DNA of 35,562 nucleotides from Clostridiales bacterium (GTDB lineage Bacteria; Bacillota; Clostridia; Lachnospirales; Lachnospiraceae): NCBI GenBank assembly GCA_019420425.1, contig JAHZHG010000003.1, positions 1 to 35,562 of the forward strand, read 5' to 3'. Shown piece by piece: positions 1 to 7,745 of this stretch (position 1 is its first letter; each line of letters starts with the position of its first letter). The notes under the pieces were generated by a model. It saw only the letters and a program-made list of their open reading frames with translations, ran no database searches and was not told where the DNA came from. The position numbers and the translations under genes were made by a program.

Positions 1-1192
1 TCAGGCACGGGATCTGTGTCTGATGAAACCGCTCATCCAGATCAAAGATAAAGTGGATTCTCTTTCCAAAGCGCTGCTCCTGCAGATAAACATAGTTGCC
101 CAGACTTTCCATTTCCCTTGCCAGGGTAACGGATTTTCCCATATAATCCAGGCTGTATCTGAGCAGCTGCGCGGTCTTTTGCAGCAAAAATACGGTCTTT
201 CCGGCATCCTCGATGTATGCCGTTTTGGCAATCATGTTCAGGGTATTAAATAAAAAATGTGGATTCATTTGCATCTGCAGGGACTTCAGCTCGCTCGTCC
301 GCAGCAAATTCAGGATTTTCAGCTTTTCCACCTCATGCTCACGGAGGGCCGCCTTTGTCTTTGCATCCTCTTCGATGATCCGGATCTGCTCCTTGATCTG
401 CTGTGCCATCATATTAAAAACATTGGCCAGAATCGCTATTTCTTTATAAACGCTCTCCTGAAAGTGGATTTCCCGAAATTCAAACAGCTTTCCGTCGCGG
501 ATGTCCTCTGCGCTGCGGGTCAATGCCTGGATCGGGGCTACAATTCTGTCGCCCAGCCGTTTTCCATGCACACTCCCATAGAGGCCAAGAACAAGCATCA
601 ATAGCAAAAAGGCGCTGTAATACATTCTGCTTTTTTTCATAAATGCATCCTGCCTCGAACTGGCAAAGCTGAGAAGCTGCAGATGCAGGGGCTTAAACTC
701 TGCATCAATCCGCTCATAAATATCCATCGCCTCCTCATACATTGCCAGAATATCTCCATAAACAGCCGAGGTCAGCTTACTGTTATTTGCGGACATTTTT
801 TCTATAATTATGCCCGCCTTTTCTTCGTATTTCTCCATCATTGCCGCAGCATCCGCAATATCCCGCTGAAATTCCCGGCTGACGCCCATGGTTTTGAGTC
901 CTTCCATCGCAGCCTGCAGCACCTGCATACTGTCGTTGAGCCGTTTTTCCGCCGTTTCTGTGCCGCTGGATATATAATCGCTCAGCTCTCCGTTTACTTT
1001 TTCAAATTGTACATAATATTCATTCAGACTCAGCACCTTTTTCATCGTATTTGAATAGCTTTGTACGCTTCCCAGATAAAATATGGTTGCCGCCAAGTTC
1101 ATCAAAAAGGCCACGCCCAGAACCAGCCGGTAATAGCGCGTCAGGGCCTGACGCAGTGTTGTCGCTGTACTTTCTGTCAATATATGTGCCAT
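1..1192 (-). CDS. Sensor histidine kinase, YesM/LytS-like (TM + HAMP + His_kinase); C-terminal part lies beyond the window start
   Basis: Hand translation of the minus strand from ATG 1192-1190 (GGAGG upstream) stays open to base 2. It is missing from the ORF track because no stop lies in the window. It reads MAHILTESTATTLRQ..., has a HAMP-like IVAPIQALTRSAEDIRDG and the family signature SLQMQMNPHFLFNTLN (about 235-285). The start overlaps the stop of the upstream binding-protein gene by 16 nt. Confidence 0.85.
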   Translation of the reverse strand, partial: MAHILTESTATTLRQALTRYYRLVLGVAFLMNLAATIFYLGSVQSYSNTMKKVLSLNEYYVQFEKVNGELSDYISSGTETAEKRLNDSMQVLQAAMEGLKTMGVSREFQRDIADAAAMMEKYEEKAGIIIEKMSANNSKLTSAVYGDILAMYEEAMDIYERIDAEFKPLHLQLLSFASSRQDAFMKKSRMYYSAFLLLMLVLGLYGSVHGKRLGDRIVAPIQALTRSAEDIRDGKLFEFREIHFQESVYKEIAILANVFNMMAQQIKEQIRIIEEDAKTKAALREHEVEKLKILNLLRTSELKSLQMQMNPHFLFNTLNMIAKTAYIEDAGKTVFLLQKTAQLLRYSLDYMGKSVTLAREMESLGNYVYLQEQRFGKRIHFIFDLDERFHQTQIPCL

Positions 1193-2163
1193 AGGATGTC
1201 CTCCCTCGTCTTATACTCGTCGATCCCCGCATCTTCCTGCTCAGCAATCTGCACATCGATATACCGGTCCTCGATGTCTGTTCTGTTTCCGGAGAAATAC
1301 TCCCATAGCACTTCAACTGCCTGACGGCCCATTTCGTATGGATCCTGATTTATGATTGCGGCAAGCTCCTTCCGCCCAAGGGCCGCTTTGCTCTGGGTGG
1401 AATCAAACGTGATAATTTTTATGTTTGAGAACTTCTCTTTATTTTCCTGCAGCAGATAGCAAATACTTGAAGAGGCATACCCTTCCGCGCAAAATATGGC
1501 ATTGGTCCCTGGCTGTTCCTCCAGCATACTCATAACTCTTTCCTTGAGCAGCGCAATCTTAGACTGCCCCTCCAGTACGCTTACCACCTTCATCTCCGGA
1601 TAATCTTCCAGCGCTTCCATAAATCCGGCTATCCGCTCTGTCTGATTGGCATTGCTGCTGTACGAGGTAATTACCGCCACCTGGGCCTGTCCGCCGCATT
1701 TTTCCGCCAGCATAGCTCCAGCCGTTTTCCCCGCGGCAAAATTGTCTGAGCCTATATAACAAAGCCGCCCAATGTCCTCCACATCGCTGTCAATAAAAAT
1801 AACCGGGATGTCTGCTTCCCTCGCTTTTCTGACCGCCTCCCGAAGCTCTGCTGAGTCCTCATAGGCAGCCGTTATGATTCCATCCGCGCCGGACAGCACT
1901 GCATTTTCTATTGCATATACCTGCTTTTCCAGATTTAGCTCGGAAAAGCCTACACACTTGACATTGATATTATACTGTTCGCCCGTATCCAGAACTCCGC
2001 CTGCGGCATTTCCCCAATATCCGGAATTAGCCATAGGCGCGATAAAGGTAATTTTATATTCCTGCAAAGTGATTTCTTCCTGGCCCATCTCAGAGGCAAG
2101 CCATATTCCGCTTACCGCTGCCAGAACTATCCCCGCCGCCATGGCCGCAAACCATTTTTTCAT
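1177..2163 (-). CDS. Membrane-anchored periplasmic sugar-binding protein (type 1 PBP, RbsB/XylF-like), probable ligand sensor for the adjacent kinase
   Basis: Track ORF 1177..2607 trimmed to the internal ATG at 2163, which has an AAGGAGA SD. It starts MKKWFAAMAAGIVLAAVSGIW (signal anchor). It continues ITFIAPMANSGYWGNAAGG, IPVIFIDSDV and AVITSY, typical of ribose/xylose-type binding proteins. Confidence 0.8.
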   Translation of the reverse strand: MKKWFAAMAAGIVLAAVSGIWLASEMGQEEITLQEYKITFIAPMANSGYWGNAAGGVLDTGEQYNINVKCVGFSELNLEKQVYAIENAVLSGADGIITAAYEDSAELREAVRKAREADIPVIFIDSDVEDIGRLCYIGSDNFAAGKTAGAMLAEKCGGQAQVAVITSYSSNANQTERIAGFMEALEDYPEMKVVSVLEGQSKIALLKERVMSMLEEQPGTNAIFCAEGYASSSICYLLQENKEKFSNIKIITFDSTQSKAALGRKELAAIINQDPYEMGRQAVEVLWEYFSGNRTDIEDRYIDVQIAEQEDAGIDEYKTREDILWHIY

Positions 2164-2197
2164 GCTGTTTTCTCCTTTTTTTATAAACCAAAGCAGA

Positions 2198-2238
2198 CTG
2201 ATACGCCTGCAGGGGCTATCTCCCCTTCTGCGTATCAG
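2198..2238 (-). terminator. Hairpin (9-bp outer stem CTGATACGC/GCGTATCAG with inner AGGGG/CCCCT) between the esterase remnant and the binding-protein gene
   Basis: An inverted repeat is seen directly. On the minus strand it is followed by the T-rich TCTGCTTTGGTTT. Confidence 0.4.
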
Positions 2239-2254
2239 CCTGTGTGCCTGGCGG

Positions 2255-2590
2255 CTAATCGCCAGCCTTTTTCCTGGTATCCGGTGCCTGCCGCATCCCT
2301 TTCTCTTCTGCCATAAACTCGTGATACCTGGCCCGCTCATTTCCCAGCTCCTGAAGGACGGTATAGAATACCCGGCTGCCTTCCAGTAAGGCGGGGCTGT
2401 CCTGATCTCCCTGCAAAATCCAGATTGGCTTATTCCGGCTGTTTCCAATCTTTCCTGTACTCCTGCGTGAAGGCCTCCGCAAAGCGGCACTGCTGCTGCA
2501 GGTAACCGTATTTCTTTCCACTGCTTCCGCCGTAAGCTTTTTCCTCTAAGGTAAAGGCAGCTTCCTTGATCCCGCTCAGCGCCCCGAAAT
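2255..2590 (-). pseudogene. Frameshifted C-terminal remnant of an alpha/beta-hydrolase (esterase/dienelactone-hydrolase-like)
   Basis: Two adjacent minus-strand frames read like one protein. One gives ...GIKEAAFTLEEKAYGGSSGKKYGYLQQQCRFAEAFTQEYRKDWKQPE(stop). The other gives NKPIWILQGDQDSPALLEGSRVFYTVLQELGNERARYHEF. The PIWILQGDQD pattern resembles the Asp-strand region of esterases. No N-terminal half is present. Confidence 0.3.
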
Positions 2591-2821
2591 GCCGTCCCGG
2601 CAGTCATTCCCGACAGTCATCGCCTTCCTCCCTCTTCTGGTTATCCATTGTGTCCTACAAGCTAATTATACGGAATGCCCGGCGAACAATCATCTCCAAA
2701 TACCTGGACTGGGCTATGCTATTTTTTGTTACCTGACTGCCAAAATTTGTTGTTTCACCCGTTTGATAAAAAATGCCCGGCAGAGCGCGGCTGCGGACAT
2801 TTTTATTCTGCCATGTATCCT

Positions 2822-3280
2822 TTACCGCTCTCCCGTCAGGCGTTCAAGCAGCGCTTCGCAGCCCGCCAGAATCTGCCGGTAGGTCGTGGTAAAGTCCCCG
2901 GTGTACCAGGGATCATCAATATCTCCCGGATGGTCGGTAAAGTCTAGCAGCAAGCTCACCTTTCCTTCCGGGTCGTCTCCAAGGATACGCATCATATTTC
3001 TTATGTTGTACTGCTCCATAGCGATCAAATAATCATATTCCCAATAATCGCTGCGCTCCATCCTCCTCGCCCGGTGACCCTCCGTAGAAATCCCGTGCTC
3101 CCGCAGCTTCTTTCGGGCAGGCGGGTATATAGGATTCCCCACCTCCTCCATGCTCGTGGCGGCGGAGGCAATGTGGAACTGGTGGGAAAGACCGGCTTTT
3201 TTGACCAGGTCCTTCATTATGTATTCAGCCATGGGGGAACGGCAGATGTTGCCGTGGCAAATAAATAATACTTTTATCAT
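2822..3280 (-). CDS. Low-molecular-weight protein-tyrosine phosphatase
   Basis: 152 aa. It has the N-terminal P-loop VLFICHGNICRSPMAE (CX5R-S) and a DPWY Asp loop near the C-terminus. AAGGAGG SD lies upstream. Confidence 0.9.
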   Translation of the reverse strand: MIKVLFICHGNICRSPMAEYIMKDLVKKAGLSHQFHIASAATSMEEVGNPIYPPARKKLREHGISTEGHRARRMERSDYWEYDYLIAMEQYNIRNMMRILGDDPEGKVSLLLDFTDHPGDIDDPWYTGDFTTTYRQILAGCEALLERLTGER

Positions 3281-3573
3281 AAACGAAAAGCCTCCTTAAA
3301 TGCCGTATTCTGCCGCGGTTTGCCGAGCATAAATTTTGCTCTGAAATTGTTAAATTTGTCACAGAATAAGCAAAATGCGGCAAAACAGGGCAAGTTGAGG
3401 ACATGAAACATAGTAAGAACGGGAGTGTTTTACTACTGCGAACATTCTATCATAGGTTGTGGACTTTTGGGAGTGGGGAATATGGAAAAAGCACTAACAA
3501 AAAAACTAATTGCTCAGATATAAATTTATCCAAATTAGATCGTATCTTATTTTAGGCTTAACTTGTTTAGATG

Positions 3574-3612
3574 CTTTGGCCAAAATAAGATTATATCTTA
3601 TTTTAGCCAAAG
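3574..3612 (-). terminator. AT-rich hairpin with 18-nt arms and one mismatch, 7 nt past the stop of the pglZ remnant
   Basis: CTTTGGCCAAAATAAGAT-tat-ATCTTATTTTAGCCAAAG. A third copy of the half-site TATCTTATTTTAGGC lies at 3543-3557. There is no clear U-tract. Confidence 0.3.
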
Positions 3613-3618
3613 GAGACT

Positions 3619-4324
3619 TTACTGTGAATTAGAAAGCCTAAAAGTACAGAAAACCTTCACACTTTCCGTATATTCCTTCCAGATGCTCTTTGCTTCGACG
3701 GTATGAAATCCGGCAGAATGCTCCTTGAAGAAGCTCTGCGTATTCGCCACCTGCAAAATGCTGTCATAGAAGTTCTCAAACGGCTCATATCAGACACAAG
3801 TGCACCGTTTTTCAACAGTTACCACAATGGTATCCACATCTATTATATGGTCGCTGATTTCTGTCATCAGCTTTGTCAGAATCACTCCGCTGATACATGG
3901 GAAACATTCCGTCCCTGCCAGGTCATCCACGGTCAGCTTCTCAAACCACTGGTGCAGGCGGACTTGCCGTGCTACATCATAAAGCTTTTCTCTATCGTCA
4001 CTGTGAAGCCAATCGGAGACAAAATCGTAGCAATATGCCTGGTGGGGCATAGAAATAAATCCGTCCAGACCGGCAAGGTGCTCCTGCCGCATGGTGCGGG
4101 TAGCGACGGTCAGCAGCAAATCAATTGCCAGTCGCCCAAGGTCTGGTTCCTCCTCGGCAAAGCCACAGCCCTGCCCGGAACCCTTCGCTGTAAAGCTCTA
4201 CATCCAGTTTGTCCTTAAATTCCCTATCTGCATCATACCAGAAGATGATACGACGCTGATAAAACTCCGGCAGGGGTGCAGCAAACCGCCGATTCAAGTC
4301 CTGTATCACTTTGTCAGTGTCCAT
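3619..4324 (-). pseudogene. pglZ: Decayed N-terminal remnant of a BREX-type PglZ (TIGR02687-like) protein
   Basis: ATG at 4324 with a GGAAGG SD. MDTDKVIQDLNRRFAAPLPEFYQRRIIFWYDADREFKDKLDVE-LYSEGFRA matches the N-terminus I recall for Firmicute PglZ proteins, with an apparent internal deletion. The reading then continues in two other frames: ...LAIDLLLTVATRTMRQEHLAGLDGF... and YEPFENFYDSILQVANTQSFF.... The alkaline-phosphatase (PglZ) domain is absent. Confidence 0.45.
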
Positions 4325-4413
4325 GCTGCCACTACCTTCCTTTCGTGTTTTCTCGTTTGCCGACAGTTTTCCGGCACTATCCGGCAGTATTAACGCCAAT
4401 AACACCAATGGCG

Positions 4414-4626
4414 TTATTCTTTCTGGCTGTATTCCTGTCCCAGTTCTTCTGCCAGGTATGCATCACTCATACAGTGCATGTCAGATACACCGTCCCGAAT
4501 CAGCTGATAGACCTCGGAATGGTAGAAGAAGTTCAGTGCCACATCCAACGAGATACCCTGCTGCTTGGCAAAGCGCTCAATCACACGGCTATATTTTTTT
4601 TGCAGCAAAATCGGGTTTGCATTCAT
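4414..4626 (-). CDS. DUF3791-like small helical protein (second copy)
   Basis: 70 aa: MNANPILLQKKYSRVIERFAKQQGISLDVALNFFYHSEVYQLI.... Its ATG overlaps the stop of the upstream gene as ATGA (4623-4626). Confidence 0.7.
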   Translation of the reverse strand: MNANPILLQKKYSRVIERFAKQQGISLDVALNFFYHSEVYQLIRDGVSDMHCMSDAYLAEELGQEYSQKE

Positions 4627-5093
4627 ATCTGTTCACTCCCTTCAAAGCGCAGAAACCCCAGCGCTTTCTCTGTGCGGAAACAGATTTGCAGATTCGGCTT
4701 CTCATAGCGCAGACGGCTGATGGCTTCGCTCTTGTCAATCAATCCGTCAAAAAACAGTTCCACGGTATTAAACACCTTATCGTTGGCAACGCCGCCAACC
4801 ACAAGGTCATAGTCGGTTGTGTCTTTTCCGCCGCGGCAGTTCAGGATAAAATCCAGCCATCCCTCGGAATAGGAATCAAATTTCAGCGTTTTCAATTCCG
4901 CTTCCCGGCTTTCGTCAAACGCATACCGGGAGATAATTCCATCCTTGCCACGGCGTTTGAACTTGCCGCACCACTTCGCCGCCTGCTCATACAGCGGCGT
5001 AACATAGAAACCACACCCAAAATCTACATTAGGGCGGGAATGGCTCAAGTCCGGCTTTGCGATTTCCAGATAAGAACCATGATAGAGCATCAT
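4623..5093 (-). CDS. DUF3990-like protein, function unknown
   Basis: 156 aa. It starts MMLYHGSYLEI and contains GCGFYVTP and DYDLVVGGVANDKVF. ATGA overlaps occur at both ends (5090-5093 and 4623-4626). Confidence 0.75.
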   Translation of the reverse strand: MMLYHGSYLEIAKPDLSHSRPNVDFGCGFYVTPLYEQAAKWCGKFKRRGKDGIISRYAFDESREAELKTLKFDSYSEGWLDFILNCRGGKDTTDYDLVVGGVANDKVFNTVELFFDGLIDKSEAISRLRYEKPNLQICFRTEKALGFLRFEGSEQI

Positions 5094-5326
5094 ACTTCCA
5101 CTCCCCTTTCTTTCATCACAGCAAGGAGGTCGTCTACGATATATTCTCGGCTCTGGGTGTGCAGCACTTCATACTCCGGCACGATGTAACCGTTCAGAAT
5201 ATCGCTTTGTTCGGTAAATGCCTGATAGACACGCTCTGCATCCACGCCGAGCTTTGCGGCGACATTTTCAATGCAGAACACGGCAAATTCAAGTTCTCTA
5301 GAATTTTTGATTTTCTCGTCTGGCAT
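5090..5326 (-). CDS. DUF3791-like small helical protein (first copy)
   Basis: Track ORF 5090..5338 (GTG start) trimmed to ATG 5326. It reads MPDEKIKNSRELEFAVFCIENVAAKLGVDAERVYQAF.... The EFxxFCIE pattern is typical of the family as I recall it. Confidence 0.7.
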   Translation of the reverse strand: MPDEKIKNSRELEFAVFCIENVAAKLGVDAERVYQAFTEQSDILNGYIVPEYEVLHTQSREYIVDDLLAVMKERGVEV

Positions 5327-5352
5327 CACATTTCTCACTTTCCTAACTTTAG

Positions 5353-5381
5353 ATTTATTGCCACCCTTCGCAGAATTTCAA
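5353..5381 (-). promoter_or_regulatory. Putative sigma-A promoter for the DUF3791/DUF3990 cassette
   Basis: The minus strand reads TTGAAA, a 17-nt spacer, then ATAAAT, about 25 nt upstream of the first start codon. Confidence 0.3.
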
Positions 5382-5577
5382 TATAGATTTGCCCAATCTG
5401 TAAACTATTGATCTAAAGAAAACATCCATAAAACTATTCTTTCTGAAATCTTTTCTTTAATTCTTTTTTAATTACTTGTCACTTGCATATCGTAACTCAT
5501 ATACTTTTCTTCTCTATTAGAAACGATAACTGTTTCATTGTTAAAATTCCAAACACTATCTTTTGCCTGCCTATGTA

Positions 5578-5880
5578 TTACATCTTTACTTTCACCTGCT
5601 GGGACTTTGTACCTATCCCCGCCTGCATGGTCTGCCTCACAGCCTCCCTCTGCCTCCGCTTCGGATTGATCCTGCTGTCTTTCACAGCCGCCTCAACAGC
5701 CGGACTGAATCTCAGGCTGTAATAATTTTTGAGGACAAAATCCCACACCTCATAGTCCCTGGGTTCGCTCCCAAAGACCACCCGGCATACCGAAAGTTTC
5801 CCGTCCTCAATCCGCTCAAATACACCGACCCAGAACGGCCCCTCAAAAAATGCCGTCAAACCTGCCTTTCCTCTGTCCAT
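5578..5880 (-). CDS. yjdF: YjdF/DUF2992 family protein (short, possibly C-terminally truncated)
   Basis: ATG at 5880 with an AAGGAGGG SD. MDRGKAGLTAFFEGPFWVGVFERIEDGKLSVCRVVFGSEPRDYEVWDFV...INPKRRQREA resembles B. subtilis YjdF. Confidence 0.75.
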   Translation of the reverse strand: MDRGKAGLTAFFEGPFWVGVFERIEDGKLSVCRVVFGSEPRDYEVWDFVLKNYYSLRFSPAVEAAVKDSRINPKRRQREAVRQTMQAGIGTKSQQVKVKM

Positions 5881-5989
5881 AACGAAACCCTCCTTAAAAT
5901 GTGTTATGAACAAAGAACGGACAACCCAGGGTGCACGGCATCCAGTGGATGCCGGTTCTGCACCGACCGAAGCGGAGCGGAGAGGCAGG

Positions 5990-6112
5990 TTACTTACCCT
6001 GATACCATCAGGACGGCCGGGCTACCTACCGGCTCTGGCACATCTAAAGGATGCACGTTGCGTTTTTATCTCTGCTTTTTCTATTTCCAGCAGGATTTGC
6101 TCCCGCTAAAAA
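5990..6112 (-). promoter_or_regulatory. yjdF-motif riboswitch aptamer; the expression platform continues to the SD near 5890
   Basis: The minus strand reads GGGAGCAAAUCC-UGCU..AGCA-GAGAUAAAAACGCAACGUGCAUCC...GAGCCGGUAGGUAGCCCGGCCGUCCUGAUGG. The ACGCAA and CCGGUAGGUAGC...GAUGG cores match my memory of the B. subtilis yjdF aptamer. It lies directly 5' of a DUF2992 gene, the canonical context. Confidence 0.65.
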
Positions 6113-6131
6113 CCAAATTTGTATCTGCCTA

Positions 6132-6578
6132 TTATTTCTGTATCTCTTTCAACGCTTTTTGGATATCCTTATAAACCAGTGGCTGCATACTATCATCATA
6201 AAAAGATGCATCCGCCTTTTGCAGCGCCGAACAAATATCATTTCTTAACTCCGGCTTCTCCCTTGCGACCATAGGCAGCAGCTTTATACACTGTCTTGCC
6301 GTAATCGGCTTAACATCCGTTATATGTTTCAAATATTCGTCAATAATCTCATCTATCTTATTATCTATATCCCATCTCGCATTATAGGCAAGCAGCACAA
6401 GCCCTCTGGTACGGATATAAGAATTATCGCTGTCAAGCATATCGCCTAGCCTGTCCATGTAAGCATAAACGTAGTTCGTTTTTTCACTTTCTTTTTGCAG
6501 TTCCTGTAATGCTTTATATGCGGTATTATTATTTTTGTCAAACAACAGTTCAAATGTTTCTGCTATATTAACTGCCAC
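6132..6578 (-). CDS. Hypothetical helical-repeat (HEAT/armadillo-like) protein
   Basis: 148-aa ORF with a GTG start. It has amphipathic helical repeats (NSYIRTRGLVLLAYNARWD, ARQCIKLLPMVAREKPEL). No catalytic motif was recognised. Confidence 0.5.
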   Translation of the reverse strand: MAVNIAETFELLFDKNNNTAYKALQELQKESEKTNYVYAYMDRLGDMLDSDNSYIRTRGLVLLAYNARWDIDNKIDEIIDEYLKHITDVKPITARQCIKLLPMVAREKPELRNDICSALQKADASFYDDSMQPLVYKDIQKALKEIQK

Positions 6579-6630
6579 ACTCTTCTCCTTTACAATTTTT
6601 TTGGAATTCCGTTCTAAAAGCTGAAATTTA

Positions 6631-7026
6631 TTACTCTAATGCCTTCTTTAAATCCAAAACAAATTGCGTCTGCTGTTTCTTTAAGTAAAATTTTACAAAT
6701 GGTTTCATAAACCACTTTTTAGGTGTTACATTTTCTGTAAAATCTATTTCCGTATCATTTCCTTTGGAAGTAAAAATACCTACCCAATGACCTTTCATGT
6801 TGCTATTTTCCATATCAAACTCCCAGCGTTTATATGGCTTTACCACTGTAACGGTAAATGTAGTGGCATATTCATTTTTTGCATACTCAATAAACTGCTT
6901 TTCATTTATGATTTCTGTTTTACTTAAATCACTTCGCCATGTACTATATTTATCAACAGCTAAAACAGCTTCCCAAACTTTGTGAATATCACTACTGATA
7001 ATTTCTTTTATATTTGAAATTGCCAT
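6631..7026 (-). CDS. SRPBCC (START/polyketide-cyclase-like) ligand-binding protein
   Basis: Track ORF trimmed to ATG 7026. MAISNIKEIISSDIHKVWEAVLAVDKYSTWRSDL... is a typical N-terminal beta-alpha pattern of SRPBCC proteins. Confidence 0.6.
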   Translation of the reverse strand: MAISNIKEIISSDIHKVWEAVLAVDKYSTWRSDLSKTEIINEKQFIEYAKNEYATTFTVTVVKPYKRWEFDMENSNMKGHWVGIFTSKGNDTEIDFTENVTPKKWFMKPFVKFYLKKQQTQFVLDLKKALE

Positions 7027-7044
7027 TTTTACACTTCCGTTCAA

Positions 7045-7241
7045 ATTTCAATTTGTCTCTTTCATTATAGCGGACATATTCTCCTAAGTCATCTATTATT
7101 TCATCTAAAATTCCTGCAAAATAAATCCCACCTTCCACAACCCTTGCCTTATACCCTTCAATAAGCAAGCTCTGCCAACTGGCTTTTCAATATCCATTTA
7201 TTCAGGCAATATGCCTTGATATCTTCCAATCTTATATTCAT
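7045..7241 (-). pseudogene. Fragment of an MmcQ/YjbR-like gene
   Basis: The ATG at 7241-7239 overlaps the hydrolase stop as ATGA. MNIRLEDIKAYCLNK... resembles YjbR N-termini, but the frame stops after 27 codons. The remaining 120 nt read in another frame. Confidence 0.25.
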
Positions 7242-7720
7242 CATCCTTCTAACTCAGAAAACAAAACCCTTGCAAATTCTTCTCTGGCATATTTTTCTCT
7301 CCACGGAGTATGGCCGCATTTATCAAGCACATATGATCTTATATCCACATTACGATCTCTTAATGGCTGAATAACTCCCTCTGGCGGATGCGGGTCAGCC
7401 GCTCCCTGAATCAGCACCAACGGACAGCAGCCAATCAAAATTACTTTTTCCACTTTATCCGGAAATCTCTCCGCAAACAATCCGGCCAGCCATGCGCCCC
7501 AGGAGTGTCCCACCAAGATAATTTTTCCAGAGCAGTTCTCTTCAATTTGCTCCATTAACTCTTCTTCCAGTTCCATAATTGTGTATTTTGACTGCATCGG
7601 TTCAAGGACACCAAACTCTTTTGAAACCCATCTGGCGAGTCCAAATGCTGAACCTGCTGCTCCCGGTCCACCGTGCAGAACGACAATATGATATGGCTCT
7701 TTTCCGTGTTTTCTGACCAT
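7241..7720 (-). CDS. Alpha/beta hydrolase, unusually short (159 aa)
   Basis: Track ORF trimmed to ATG 7720. It has HIVVLHGGPGAAGS, a nucleophile elbow VGHSWG, then IGCCPLVLIQGAADPHP and CGHTPW (candidate Ser-Asp-His triad). No lid/cap segment lies between them. Confidence 0.7.
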   Translation of the reverse strand: MVRKHGKEPYHIVVLHGGPGAAGSAFGLARWVSKEFGVLEPMQSKYTIMELEEELMEQIEENCSGKIILVGHSWGAWLAGLFAERFPDKVEKVILIGCCPLVLIQGAADPHPPEGVIQPLRDRNVDIRSYVLDKCGHTPWREKYAREEFARVLFSELEG

Positions 7721-7745
7721 AATGCTCTCCCCTACAATTGCTTTT

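Noticed and set aside
3482-3523. 13-codon ORF MEKALTKKLIAQI with an upstream GGGAGTGGGGA
   Set aside because: It is too short and shows no conservation signal I can assess. It sits in an AT-rich non-coding gap.
3703-5189. Plus-strand ORFs 3703..4218 (171 aa) and 4311..5189 (292 aa)
   Set aside because: They lie opposite the pglZ remnant and the DUF3791/DUF3990 cassette, whose minus-strand frames carry recognisable family motifs and coupled starts. The plus-strand products have no motifs.
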